Source of the DNA: Octopus sinensis
Lineage: Eukaryota
Reading direction: 5' to 3'
NCBI RefSeq assembly: GCF_006345805.1
Contig: NC_043003.1
Coordinates: forward strand, 57,040,001 to 57,104,000
Length of the DNA stretch: 64,000 nucleotides
Shown piece by piece: positions 38,751 through 50,706 of this stretch; the first letter of the stretch is position 1, and every line of letters starts with the position of its first letter. A model generated the notes under the pieces. That model saw only the letters and a list, made by a program, of their open reading frames with translations, was not told the DNA's origin and ran no database searches. Position numbers and translations under genes: made by a program.

Positions 38751-40066
38751 TGTATATATATTTACAATGATAAACAAATAATTTTTCCATTCAAAATCTT
38801 TAATAAAACGTAGGTTCCTCACGCGTAATGAATTCTTCAACAATTTACTCTTTTTTTTGTTGCTAATAACATAATTCCACGAGTATTCTTATAAACGCTG
38901 TAAAAGACGTTTTCCGATTCAAAATTTTAGTTCATAGTTAAACCTCGCTAAGATAAGTATGTATTTATTTAAGATCTTCAAATTGTAAATTTTAATATTG
39001 TATAAGCCTTTGGAGTAATAATATTCTCCTTATGTAAATATCTTTGTTTATGTAATGATCTAATTATCGTAATTTTCTTTATATAATTAGATATTAAATT
39101 TAAGTTTATTCGTAAGATACTACTTAGCGATAGATGGTTATTTGATAGCAAGCATACGAGGCGTATTAAGTTAGGCTTTGTATATACATGTTTTAATAGT
39201 ATTAATTGTAGTTTTAAATTTATAATTAAATTAGATACACTTTGATGAACTTAGATATGTTCCGACTAAAGATTGGTCCAGGCCATGTCTAATTAATAGC
39301 ATATACTTAGTTATTTCTTTAAATTTATATTCGCTAATTATTCCCATGATAATTATATTATATTATTTATAGTATTTATTCGATACTATATTACTACGAA
39401 TTGATTATTTCTAAAAGTATTTTACATAAGATTTCCGAAAGTTCGTTTAAGTTAGTTTATTTGTATTTTGAAATTAGCTATTTCATCTTTAAATAGGAAA
39501 AATTAAATTTATTAGGTTTTATTATATGTGCAATACAATTATTATAGAGATTATTTTAGATCTTAATTATAATATTTATATACATTTATATTTTCATTGA
39601 TAATTTATATATATATTGTCATTTTAATATTTATGTAATTAGATAGACTAATACCGATATTAGATTATGGGCGGGTATATAAATTAAAATTAATATTTAA
39701 CATTATAGTCGATCTTGATATAATCATAATTCTTAAGTTCTATGTTTCTAGTTTGATAATAGAGTTTATTATAAGTAAAATTATTATATTATATATATTA
39801 TTTATATCTTTAAAATATTGTTTAAATATTTCTGATTATATTTTAAATATTTCAATCACCTGAAGATTGACTGCAACTACAACTCGAATTATTACGAAAT
39901 GGACAGCCATGAAATGATCGTAGTATTTTACTCATTATCTTTTTTTAATAATTTTGATATATATTAAAAATAATATAAATAATTAATCTTATGTATTGGC
40001 TTAAGTTTTTCATTGTTTGATTTGCCTAATAGTGGTTGTATCTTAATTAAGATAATACAATATATA

Positions 40067-40109
<43 letters not shown>

Positions 40110-40419
40110 TATATTATATTACTCGTGTATTCCTACATATATATATTATATATATCTACTCGTGTATTTCTACATAATATATATATATATATTAATAATT
40201 ACTCGTGTATTACTACATATAAATTATGTAGTATTCATACAATCATATGCAAACACGATTGGTCATAAAAATTAACCTATCCTTTCTGTTTTGGATGACA
40301 GTAAAATTGCTTTGATTTTTCGTTTTTTTTCTTTTCTTCACAGTTATATAGCCACTTCTAATATCACATCTTATATAACTATTTTAAAATATTTTACACA
40401 TACGACAAAAAAATATACT

Positions 40420-40521
40420 GGCAACCATTATTATAGCAAGAATTCGAACCAACGTTGCAGAGTTTTGAACGCTCGCATTACAAGATGTTCGGTTCTATCA
40501 CCTGCGTTAACAATGGTTACC
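40420..40521 (-). ncRNA. Pol III-like 102-nt ncRNA family member, subfamily c
   Basis: TATAAATA upstream; GGTAACCATTGT / ATAATGGTTGCC 12 of 12 with G-U; TAACGCAGGTGATAGAAC; TTGGTTCGAATTCT; T7. Confidence 0.6.
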
Positions 40522-41957
40522 AGCTGAGCCTTCGCAATATAGTCTATTTATAAGTATATACATACATAACTAAGACTACACAAACACCCACTGACCGCAT
40601 TGCATATATTACTATTGTATGAATACATATAAGTATGCATTAATACATGTAAGCTTACACGCGGATATGGAGGTTTTCTTTTTTCTTTCGAGGGGGAGGT
40701 TTATAAGCCCTTTTATTAAAATATTCTCCTTAGTCATTGCACGGTGATCGACATAAGCGTTAAGTTTATATAAAAATACCATTATTATTACTTACAGGAT
40801 TGTATAAACAACTTGATGTGGAAGTTTTGAAGGAAAATCTGGACTGGTTCCTATCTGAGATACTAGATGAACCCACATCGCGGCAGGTAACGCAAAGAAA
40901 AGCAGCTCCTTTCAACTCGCTACTTTACCAAAAACAATATCGGAAACAACACCGAGTAAATTACAGGTAGTGTATCAGCTTCATCTCTGCCCGAGGCTGA
41001 AACAAGTGAACAGAAATATATATATATATATATATATATAGCTATATTAAGGCTCTGAGCGACATATATACAGAAGCAACACAGAAACTTAACACCTAAT
41101 TGCCAAATAGGTGTGTCGCTTTATACTGAAATTTATAGCCACAGGAAGACATCTCTTCCAGCTGTCTAACGACACACATTTTTGTCCGATTAGTATATGT
41201 GAGGGGAGGTCATCGCTCCCATCCCTAGCCTTACATAAAAGATATGGAGTCGTGTTTCTGGGTGGCTACCCGTCCTCAGCGTGTGTTAATCACCAGCTAG
41301 TGATGCAAAAAAAGGAGATATAGCAATAGAGAATCGTAATGTATAATTGCCAACGTAGTGCGGCATCCTATACAGGACAGTGCTATTGACTTTTATACAC
41401 TCTCTTCTATCCGGCTAACAAAACGCGTTTTGTGTCGCATTAGTATTACCGAGAAGTGTCATCACTCTCATGCCTATCCTTACGTGATACACACGGACTC
41501 GAGTTTCTGGGTGCTCGGCAACACATGATGAGTGAGAATACGAGATCTCATTCGTATGTTTTGAATTCATTGGTACTGGTCATTGGATATAGTTTGTCTG
41601 ATGTTACTTGAATCAGATAGGGATGTTTAATTTTTTTCAGTACTCTCAAATTTAATAGCTTGAAATATTGTGCTCATGAAGCGAATGTTCGAATGAAAGT
41701 GTGAATTTTGCATTTTCATATCTATCTAACTCAGAACGAGTCCACAGGTAATCAAATACTAAGTGAAGTTTCGTTGTTTTTTCCTATATGCCTACGTAGG
41801 ATGTTTTGAGTATTTGTTGTCTGGGAGTTACTTCTTATAGTAGAAGAAATAGCTAGGATTTTTGGCTGCTATTTCTAAAGTTCGGTATGTGGTTAAGCAA
41901 ATTTTTTGCTGTACCCTAATTATACTCATAATTATAAAATAAAAGCGCATGAAATTC

Positions 41958-42006
41958 TCTAATCAGAATGCACTCGGCTCTTCAAAGCCAGCAAAGAGTG
42001 GACACC
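41958..42006 (-). pseudogene. 5' fragment of ncRNA family member
   Basis: TATAAATA, ATTTCGC, GGTGTCCACTCT...GAAGAGCCGAGTGCATTCTG; 3' half missing. Confidence 0.4.
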
Positions 42007-42413
42007 TGTACTACGGACGCGAAATAATATATTTATACACACACACACACACTGCATCGACAGCAGATTGCATTCCCAGAATACAGAAGGATACCGTTTA
42101 GTGAACATATTGACAAATGCGCAAAGCAACCGCCACCACAATATATAATCTTTCCGTTCCATCAATGTGCCATTGGAACACCAACACAAGTTAAATTAAA
42201 TAAGGAAACATTGTTCATGGAAAATTATATAAGCCAAAACTTAATCATTTCTAACATGTTTAAATACGGAAACTCACCTCATTGAAAAAAATATAGAGCA
42301 AAACCTAACCACTTGTAAATTCTCTTCTTTCTAAATCAAATTATGTTAAATTAATCAAGCTTAGTCATACACAAGATGTTTGATTACCTCCCTTATACCG
42401 GAAAAAGTCCTTG

Positions 42414-42670
42414 ATTACCTTCCCCAGCCTGGAACTCCATATTTCACAACATAGCAAAGACATTACACGATATAGGTAAAGAAAGTTGAGAAATCTGAAA
42501 AGAAAATACGAAACCGGTTATTTCTCCCAAAACTACTTTACTATACGCAGGATGTTATAACATTTTCTAACATAACAATTAAATATATTCTTTAATCATA
42601 TAACACAATCATTCTGTAATTTTTTCACTCTTTTTTGTCTTTATACGTATATATACATACATATATATAT

Positions 42671-42747
<77 letters not shown>

Positions 42748-43394
42748 GAGATGTGGAACACGAGTTGTGATATATAAAAAAAAGGAAATGAAGAAAATGG
42801 TGACAAAATAATTAAGTAAGGGAGAGTGTATTTAATTAGGTGAAAGTTCTTTTTACCGGTTGCGCATTTGTTATGCTTATCAAAAGATATTTTTTCAGAG
42901 AGATAGAGTTCTTTTCTGATTTTTTTCTCTTATCTGATAAGAGAAAAAAATCTATCAGAAAGGAACTCTATCTCTCTTTAAAAAAAATATCTTGATAGCA
43001 TACAAATGCGCACACCGGTAAAAAGAACTTTCACCTAATTAATACACTCTCCCTTACTTAAATTATTTTTTCAGCATTTTCTTTCTTTCCTTTAATATAT
43101 ATATATATATATATATATTATAATATATATATATATATATATTTATATGTATATATATGTCTAAAAGACAAAAAAGAGTGATAAAATTACAGAATGATTG
43201 TGTTATATGATTAAAGAATATATTCAAATCGTTATGTTAGAAAAATGTTGTAACATCCTGCGTATAGTAACGTAGTTTTGGGAGAAATAACCGGTTTCGT
43301 ATTTTCTTTTCAGATTTCTCAACTTTCTTTACTTATATCGTGTAATGTCTTTGCTATGTTGTGAAATATGGAGTTCCAGGCTGGGGAAGGTGAT
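42414..43394. repeat. ~1-kb imperfect palindrome centred at 42935
   Basis: Outer arms 42414-42645 / 43161-43394, (TA)n, inner arms ~42780-42934 / 42936-43090; centre CTCTTATC-T-GATAAGAG. Confidence 0.9.
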
Positions 43395-43405
43395 ATATAT
43401 ATATT

Positions 43406-43452
<47 letters not shown>

Positions 43453-44075
43453 TACTCCACAGATAACGATACTTGTAACTCACGTGAGTTACAAGTATTG
43501 TTATCTGTGCGTTAATATCTGTAGGTAAAAGAAATAAGCTGGTAACCCTTAATTATATAAATATATATACACTGCTATTTCTAACCACTGGGCCATTGCG
43601 CCTCCACTTTTGTAGCCCCAGGAGAATATCTTCACCAGCTGGCTATAGACACACTTTCTGTGCTCTATCAGTATTTGCAAAGGGAAGCTATCCTTCCCAT
43701 CATCGACCTGGCATGATACGCACGGACCCGAATTTCTGGGTATTTACCCGTCGTCAGCGCACGGCAATCACCGGTCTTCAATACGAAGGGGTCCCATTGC
43801 AAACGCGTATATCCTTTTTCCAGTGACGAAAAATCACTGATCTCGAAAATAATAATAGTAATAATAACAATAATAATGATAATAATAAGCCACTATACAC
43901 ATCTTTTTCTCTCCTTGTTTTTTTCTGTGTCCCTTTCTGTAGAAGAGCGTAGGCTCGAAACGTAAAATAACTTTTTTCCATTCCTGAGCATTATACTAAT
44001 ACCTCTGTTTGTTTTGTACACCACCTGTCTTCGTCCTTTTGTTTTTTTTCGTAAACTATCCCTATATATATATTA

Positions 44076-44126
<51 letters not shown>

Positions 44127-44289
44127 TGTCTGTGTGTGTGTATGTATGTATTTAATATATATATATATATATATATACACCTATATATACATACATACAC
44201 ACCACATATATATATATATATATATATATAATAATATATATATATATATAATAAATGAAAGAATTGAGTCGAACGAGGATTTAACAAAA

Positions 44290-44387
44290 TTCCTTTATTC
44301 TCGACATATGTTTCGAAGATTGCATATTCTCAATTCCAAAGAATAAAGGGTGCATTATGCCGCCTTCTCATCAGGAAAGACAAGGAA
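44290..44387 (-). ncRNA. Type I hammerhead ribozyme motif with extended stem II
   Basis: TTCCTT-GTC-TTTC CTGATGA GAAG...CTTC GAAA CATATG TC GAGA-ATA-AAGGAA: intact core, GUC cleavage triplet, palindromic ACATATGT stem III, stem I with internal loop. Confidence 0.65.
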
Positions 44388-44399
44388 CTTATGTCAGCA

Positions 44400-44830
44400 T
44401 CATGACGAACAAAAACTTTTAGATGACTGCCCACACGGAGTCCATAGTGATAATGAGTGTTTCTTGTCCAGTAATTCCAAAATTAGAAATTCCATTTACC
44501 AGTGTAAAAATTTCTTCCGGTACCGGTGTCTTCTTCTATGTTGGGGTGACTACTTCTAAATTATCCCATAGGATTTCAAATCATTATTCAACTTTCCGAG
44601 ATAAGAGAAAACAACAAAGTACAGGACTAAGTAAATTAGTTTGGCGTCTTAAGGACAACAATATAACTTTCAAGCTGGAATGGTCCATATTGTCTGTATC
44701 CTTTCCTTTTGATAAGGGCAGAAAATATTGTGCCGTCTGTAATTCCGAACTTTTCTATATACTTTTCGCCAAATTCCCTTTAGTAAACACAATAGTAGAA
44801 AAATCCTATAGGTGCATGCACTAGCGGAAG
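44400..44830 (+). mobile_element. Penelope-like GIY-YIG endonuclease fragment
   Basis: FYVGVTTSKLSHRISNHYSTF...STGLSKLVWRLKDNN...LEWSIL...CAVCNSELFYIL. Confidence 0.75.
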
Positions 44831-46174
44831 CACACCTTCCACTCATATGAATGATGAATAATATAGATAACCTCCTTGAATTTAATAATGTGGTTCTACA
44901 TCTACAACAACACCATAGACAAATTTTTATATATACTCAGTTACATGAAGAACTACTACCAAATTCGTTGGGGTATGTTCTACCTTTGTCTCTCTACCTC
45001 TCCCCACTCTCTCTCTCCCTCTCTCTATCATAGGCAGAATCAGACACACAGACGCAAAACTGTCACTTCACCACTAAATGTATTTGGCACAAACACAATC
45101 ACGCACACACATACACACGAATGCAGCTATATACATACACACACATAGGCACTCAATCTCGTTAGCAAAAGCAAACAACAACCCACTAATAATCTAATAT
45201 CAGTAATAGTCAATATCTAATTACATAAATATTTTACAAAAAAATTACTATTCATATTATTAAAAAAATTTAAATAATATATGAATTATCAATGAAAATA
45301 TATAAATGTATATAAATATCATAATTTTGATCTAAAATAATCTCGTTGGCTAAATAATAACTTTCAAAAATCTTATATTTAAAATACTCAAAGAAATAAT
45401 CAATTCGTAGTTATATAGTATCAAATAAATACTATAAATATATTTATCAATGGAAATAATATAACTAGCAAATAACAATTTAAAAAGACAATATATAAGT
45501 TAAAATAATAATTAAAAGAAATTCAAAACTACAATTTTTTTTTTTTTTTTTTGAAATGTTACGGCTTTCAACACTGAATGGGTTTGCCTATTTTAGATAA
45601 TTAACAGTAAATAATGCACGACAACCGATCAACTACGTTCGGAGTTCAAATTCCACCATGTCCGTTTGTATCACGTAAGGCTAGATTTGGGAGCGATGAC
45701 ATCTTCTGGCAAATATTACTCCGACACAGAATGCGTGTTATTAGCCGACTGGAATGAGAGGTCAGCCTGGATCTATAAACATCTGTAGTACTGTTCCGTA
45801 TAGGATGCCACACTACGTTGGCAATTTTACATTACGAATCTCTATTGCTATATATCCTTTTTAAAAAATTAGAGTGAGTTTTCGTCACTAGTCTGTGATT
45901 AACACATGCTGAGGACGGGTAGCCACCCAGAAACACGAATCCGTTTTTATCTTGTAAGGCTATGGATGGGAGCGATGACCTCCCCTAACAAATACTGATC
46001 GGACACAGAATGTGTGTCGTTAGCCAGCTGGAAGAGATGTCTTCCTGTGGCTATAAATGTCAGCAGCACTGTTCCGTATACGACGACACACCTGGTTGGC
46101 AATTACGTGTTAAGATTCTGTGTTACTTCTGTATATATCTCGCTCAGTGTCTTAATATAGCAATATATATATAT

Positions 46175-46208
<34 letters not shown>

Positions 46209-46725
46209 ATATATATATACATATATTTACTGGATTCAGCTTCGGACAAAGATGATGGTAATGCACCACCTGCAATTATTCGGTGTGGTTTCCGATATCT
46301 GTTTTCGGTCAAGTAGCGAGTTGGAAGGAGCTGCTCTTCTTTGCGTTACCTGCCGCGATGTGGTTCCATCTGGTATCTCAGAGAGAAACCAGTCCAGACT
46401 TTGCTTCAAAACTTCCACATCAAGTTGTTTATACAATCCTGTAAGTAATAATAATGCTCTTCTTATATAACCTTAACGCTTATGTCAATCACCGTGCAAT
46501 GACTAAAGAGAATATTTTAATAAAGGAGCATGTAAACCTCCCCCTCGAGAGAAAAAAAAATTCATATCCGCGTGTACGTATGTATGTAAGCATACATGTA
46601 TTAATGAATACTTATATGTAGTTATATAATAATAATATATGTAATGCGGTCAGTGTGTGTGTTGGGGGTGTGCTTAGGTATGTGTGCATACACTTATAAA
46701 CAGATTATTTTGCGAACGTCGGTCA

Positions 46726-46821
46726 AGTAAACATTGTTAGAGCGGGTGATAGAACCGTAGGCATTAGAGCATTCAAATCTGTGCAATACTGGTTCGCATT
46801 CCTGCTATGACAGTGGTTACC
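46726..46821 (+). ncRNA. ncRNA family member, subfamily c (96 nt)
   Basis: GGTATG at -49; TATAAA at -31; AGTAAACATTGT / ACAGTGGTTACC; CTGGTTCGCATTCC; T5. Confidence 0.5.
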
Positions 46822-47192
46822 GCAATATTTTTCTTTCGTATGTGTAAAATATTTCAAAATAGTGTTATAATATGTGATATTAGAAGTGGCCATGTAACTG
46901 TGATGCAAAGAAAAAAACCCAAAAAGCAAAGCAATTTTACTGTTATCCAAGACAGAAAAGATTGATTAATTTTTATGACAAATCGTTTGTGTACATATGT
47001 TTGTATGAATACATACATTAATGAATACTTACATGTGCGAATACAGGAGTAATGTATATATAGTGCGGTGTTTGCATGTGTGGGTGTGGGTATGTGTATG
47101 TGCAAGTGTATGTGTACATGTGTGTATGTGTGTGTACGCGTGTTGGTAAAGATGCTTATAGTTAAAAACTATTATTTTGCAACAAGCGAACG

Positions 47193-47294
47193 GGTATCCA
47201 CAGTTTGCATAGGTAGAGGAGCTGAGGGCTTTCTAATTTGAGTGTTCAATACTCTGCAATGCAGGTTCGTATTCCTTCCAAATTAATGGTTAAC
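47193..47294 (+). ncRNA. ncRNA family member, subfamily b
   Basis: GGTATCCACAGT; ATAGGTAGAGGAGC; GAGTG/TACTC hairpin; GCAGGTTCGTATTCC; stem partly eroded; GGTTTT. Confidence 0.45.
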
Positions 47295-48000
47295 GAAGGT
47301 TTTGTTGTTGTTTCTTTTTTAATTTGTGCCCAGTCTTTTAAAATAATGTTATAAGCTTGTAATATTATATATGGCGATCTAACTAATAAAAGCAAAAAAA
47401 AATGCTATGGAATTATTATAGAAAATAGGAGTGTACTTTAGATGTAATGACACATCATGTGTTGATAGAACTCACTGCCAAAATCGATTGCCTATGATTC
47501 TAAGAGTTTTAATGTTCGGATATTCTCCATCTTTATTTGTTTCTTGTCCACAGGGGGCTAAATATAGAGGGGATAGATAATGAGAGACAAAGAATTAAGT
47601 CGATTACATCGATTCCAGTCAACACCGAAAGGAAGAAATGCTACGTGAACCTCGGCGAAATTTGAACTCAGAACGTAACGACTTATTTACAGTTAATAAT
47701 CTAAAATAGGCCAACCCACTCACTGCGGGAAGCCGTAATATTTCTTGCGACTATGTAGCGCCTATATATCCTTTAATATAACACGAGTGTTTATCTTTCC
47801 TGTATTACGTTATATATTAATGGCTATTTTAAAATATTTCTTAGAAATATCTTCTGAATTATCTGATAATTCATTTCTGGTTTGATCGGCAGTTTTTTCT
47901 AGCGGTGTCATATGAAAATGTCACCCATAATTATGAACCTAGTATCGATTTATTGCATCTCAATCGGTTTTAGGGTTAGGGTTAGAGTTAGGGTTAGTTA

Positions 48001-48657
48001 GGACATATGAGGTAATGAAGTCCAACCACTGACTGACCAAGCTATGGCTGTATTTAACTGCTATAAGGTTAGAAGTTATAACGATTTTTTAATTGTAGGA
48101 ATGGGGTATAGGAGGTTTCAGAATACCATAAAAGGAATTTCAAGTTGAAGACAGTCGTTGCCACTAACAAAATGCCAATTACTGCTATTTGGTGAGAGAA
48201 ACTAGGTCAATGTCACATGGTCCTTAATCCCCTTTACAGAGAGTAGGAAAAAAAAAACTATCACTTATTATTATGAGTAGGCATAGTATTTAATAACTGG
48301 GGGAAAGCCTTATTAATTTTAAAACTAGATTAGATTTAGAAAAAAATCCAATTTCAATTTTACAGTGAAGTTTTCTTAGTCATCTATGAAAGTTAAATTG
48401 AAAGCTAGTATAGTATATATCTTATTATTATTATAATAAAAAGTTAAAATTTGAAAAATATAGGAATACTCACAATTTTTATTTAAAGTATTTAAACGTT
48501 CGGGTTGTGGAATGTATACAAGATACTCCCAACTCCAGACGATTTTTCAACGATTATTCCTACAACTAAAAAATCTTTATTACTTCTAACCTTATAGCAG
48601 TTAAATACAGCCATAGCTTGGTCAGTCAGTGGTTGGACTTCACCAGCTCATATGTTC
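48001..48657. mobile_element. MITE-like element with ~100-bp terminal inverted repeats
   Basis: 48001-48102 is the reverse complement of 48556-48657; TTA on both flanks (possible target-site duplication). Confidence 0.7.
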
Positions 48658-49481
48658 TTAAAATTTAAATCTACATCTTTATCTGTATATCTACCTTCTC
48701 TATAATGTTGCTACCTGATTTGGAAGCTTTTGTATTAATGTAAAACCTATTTAATTGGCTGATGAGCACTCAGCATCTTAAATCTGTTGTAATACTTACA
48801 ACTTTTAATAAAATAATGTAGTGCGAAACAATTGTACCAAAGTTGCTTATTTTGATTATATATATTAATATAAATTTGACATGGGTGATACTTTCTTGTC
48901 TTGTGATTCTCGGTCAAACAGCAGAATGGAATTGCGCGGAAAATTACACAGTTGTGTGGAAAGACCCGGTGGTGATGCTGAGCTTTTTATTTTTTCATAC
49001 CTCCCATGGTTAACGAGATAATCTACTATAATAATACTCTTGTGCTCATGAATGAGAAATGTAGGGGGGGATAGATGAATAATGAAGGACAGGGTAATGT
49101 CTTACGTAGTAGTGGGATAATGGAAACTGAACGCTGAAAAATATAAATGAAACAGCGATTCAACTCTGTGTGAACATATGTGTGTTTATGCTAAAGGGGG
49201 GTATGTGAATGTGTGTGTCTGTTTTGTGCGCGTGTGCGTAGAAGTATGAGGGTTCGTCTTTGTTCTCTTTGTATTTGGGTTAATTTTTTGATTTGGTTGA
49301 ATCTTGGTTGGTTTTTTAAATTGGTCAGTTATATTTAGCGTTTTGACAGAGAAAAGTCATTCTAAAATTGTCTTTTACGTAAGCGTGCCCAAACAGTCGA
49401 ATGCTTAGAAAAGCATGCTTTTCAGCCACATCATCCAAACCGACCGGGTTAAAATCGAGGTTAGCTGATAGTATATATATA

Positions 49482-49548
<67 letters not shown>

Positions 49549-49559
49549 GTTATGTACAT

Positions 49560-49941
49560 AACGTAAAGTGTACTAGCCATCTAAATGTGGCTAGCCATGG
49601 GGGTGGCTGTTACTGAAGCTTTTAGCCCCAGGGGATCATCGTCTCCAGCTCCAGCTGGCTTTAGACACACTTTCTGTGCTCTTCTGATATTCGCAAAGGG
49701 AGGTCATCCTCTCTCGAAAACCGGTGATTACTGTACGTTGACGAGAGGCAAAAAACCTCGAAACTATAGTCCGTATGTATCACTTAGGTTTTCGAGAGGG
49801 GATGACTTCCCTTTGCGAATATCAGAAGGGCACAGAAAGTGTGTCTAAAGGCAGCTGGAGACGATGATCTCCTGGGCTAAAAGCTTCAGTAACATCCACT
49901 AAAAGCTTCAGTAACATTGAGATGGTAGTACACTTTACGTT
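49560..49941. repeat. Fold-back of the ~250-bp repeat monomer, 64-nt spacer
   Basis: 49560-49722 pairs with 49787-49941; the right arm carries a duplicated CTAAAAGCTTCAGTAACA. Confidence 0.85.
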
Positions 49942-50604
49942 GTCGAGCGGTTACTGTTTACATCTCGTTCGGAGATTTCTTAATGCTTATATGTAAACAC
50001 ACACACACACAACACACACACACACACACACACCAACACACACAACACCACACAACACACACACACAACACACACACACAACACACACACATCATATATA
50101 TATATTATATATATATATTTATATATATTTATATTTATATATATATTTATATATATTTATATTATATATATTTATATATATTTATTATATATATTTATAT
50201 ATATATATATTTATATATATATTAGATATATTATAGATATATATATATATATTATATAGTTTTGTTGTTATGTGTGTGTGTGTGCGCCGGTCCGAAATCG
50301 AACTCATAATTTAGCGATCATATAACTTACCCACCCATGAGCCCTCACACACGCACAAACACACATACAAAGACACACAAGCACATATACTCATACATAA
50401 TGCAATTACATGCATATATCTATATATATATTAAGTATGTGTTTACATAAGTATGTAGGCATGCATGCATTAATCCATACTGATATGTACTGATACAACA
50501 CGTGTAATACGATCAGTATGCATTTGTGTGTGTTTGTTTGTGGTGTGTGGGCAGAGGTATGGTCGCATATAATTATAAATACACTATTTTGCAAAAGACT
50601 AACA

Positions 50605-50706
50605 GGTGCCCATTGTTAGCGAAGGTGGGAGAGCCGAACTCTTTATTGTTAGAGTATGTAACTCTCTGCAATGCAGATTCGTATTCCTTATTTAATAATA
50701 GGCTCC
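50605..50706 (+). ncRNA. Pol III-like 102-nt ncRNA family member, last copy in window
   Basis: GGTATGG at -49; TATAAATA at -31; GGTGCCCATTGT / ATAATAGGCTCC (10 of 12); TAGCGAAGGTGGGAGAGC; GCAGATTCGTATTCC; long T-run. Confidence 0.55.

Noticed and set aside
38800-40050. Nuclear mitochondrial insertion
   Set aside because: AT-rich, but I could not recognise any rRNA, tRNA or OXPHOS motif.
40110-40225. Three-fold repeat of TACTCGTGTATT(C/T/A)CTACAT
   Set aside because: Local slippage duplication within a TA-rich cassette flank.
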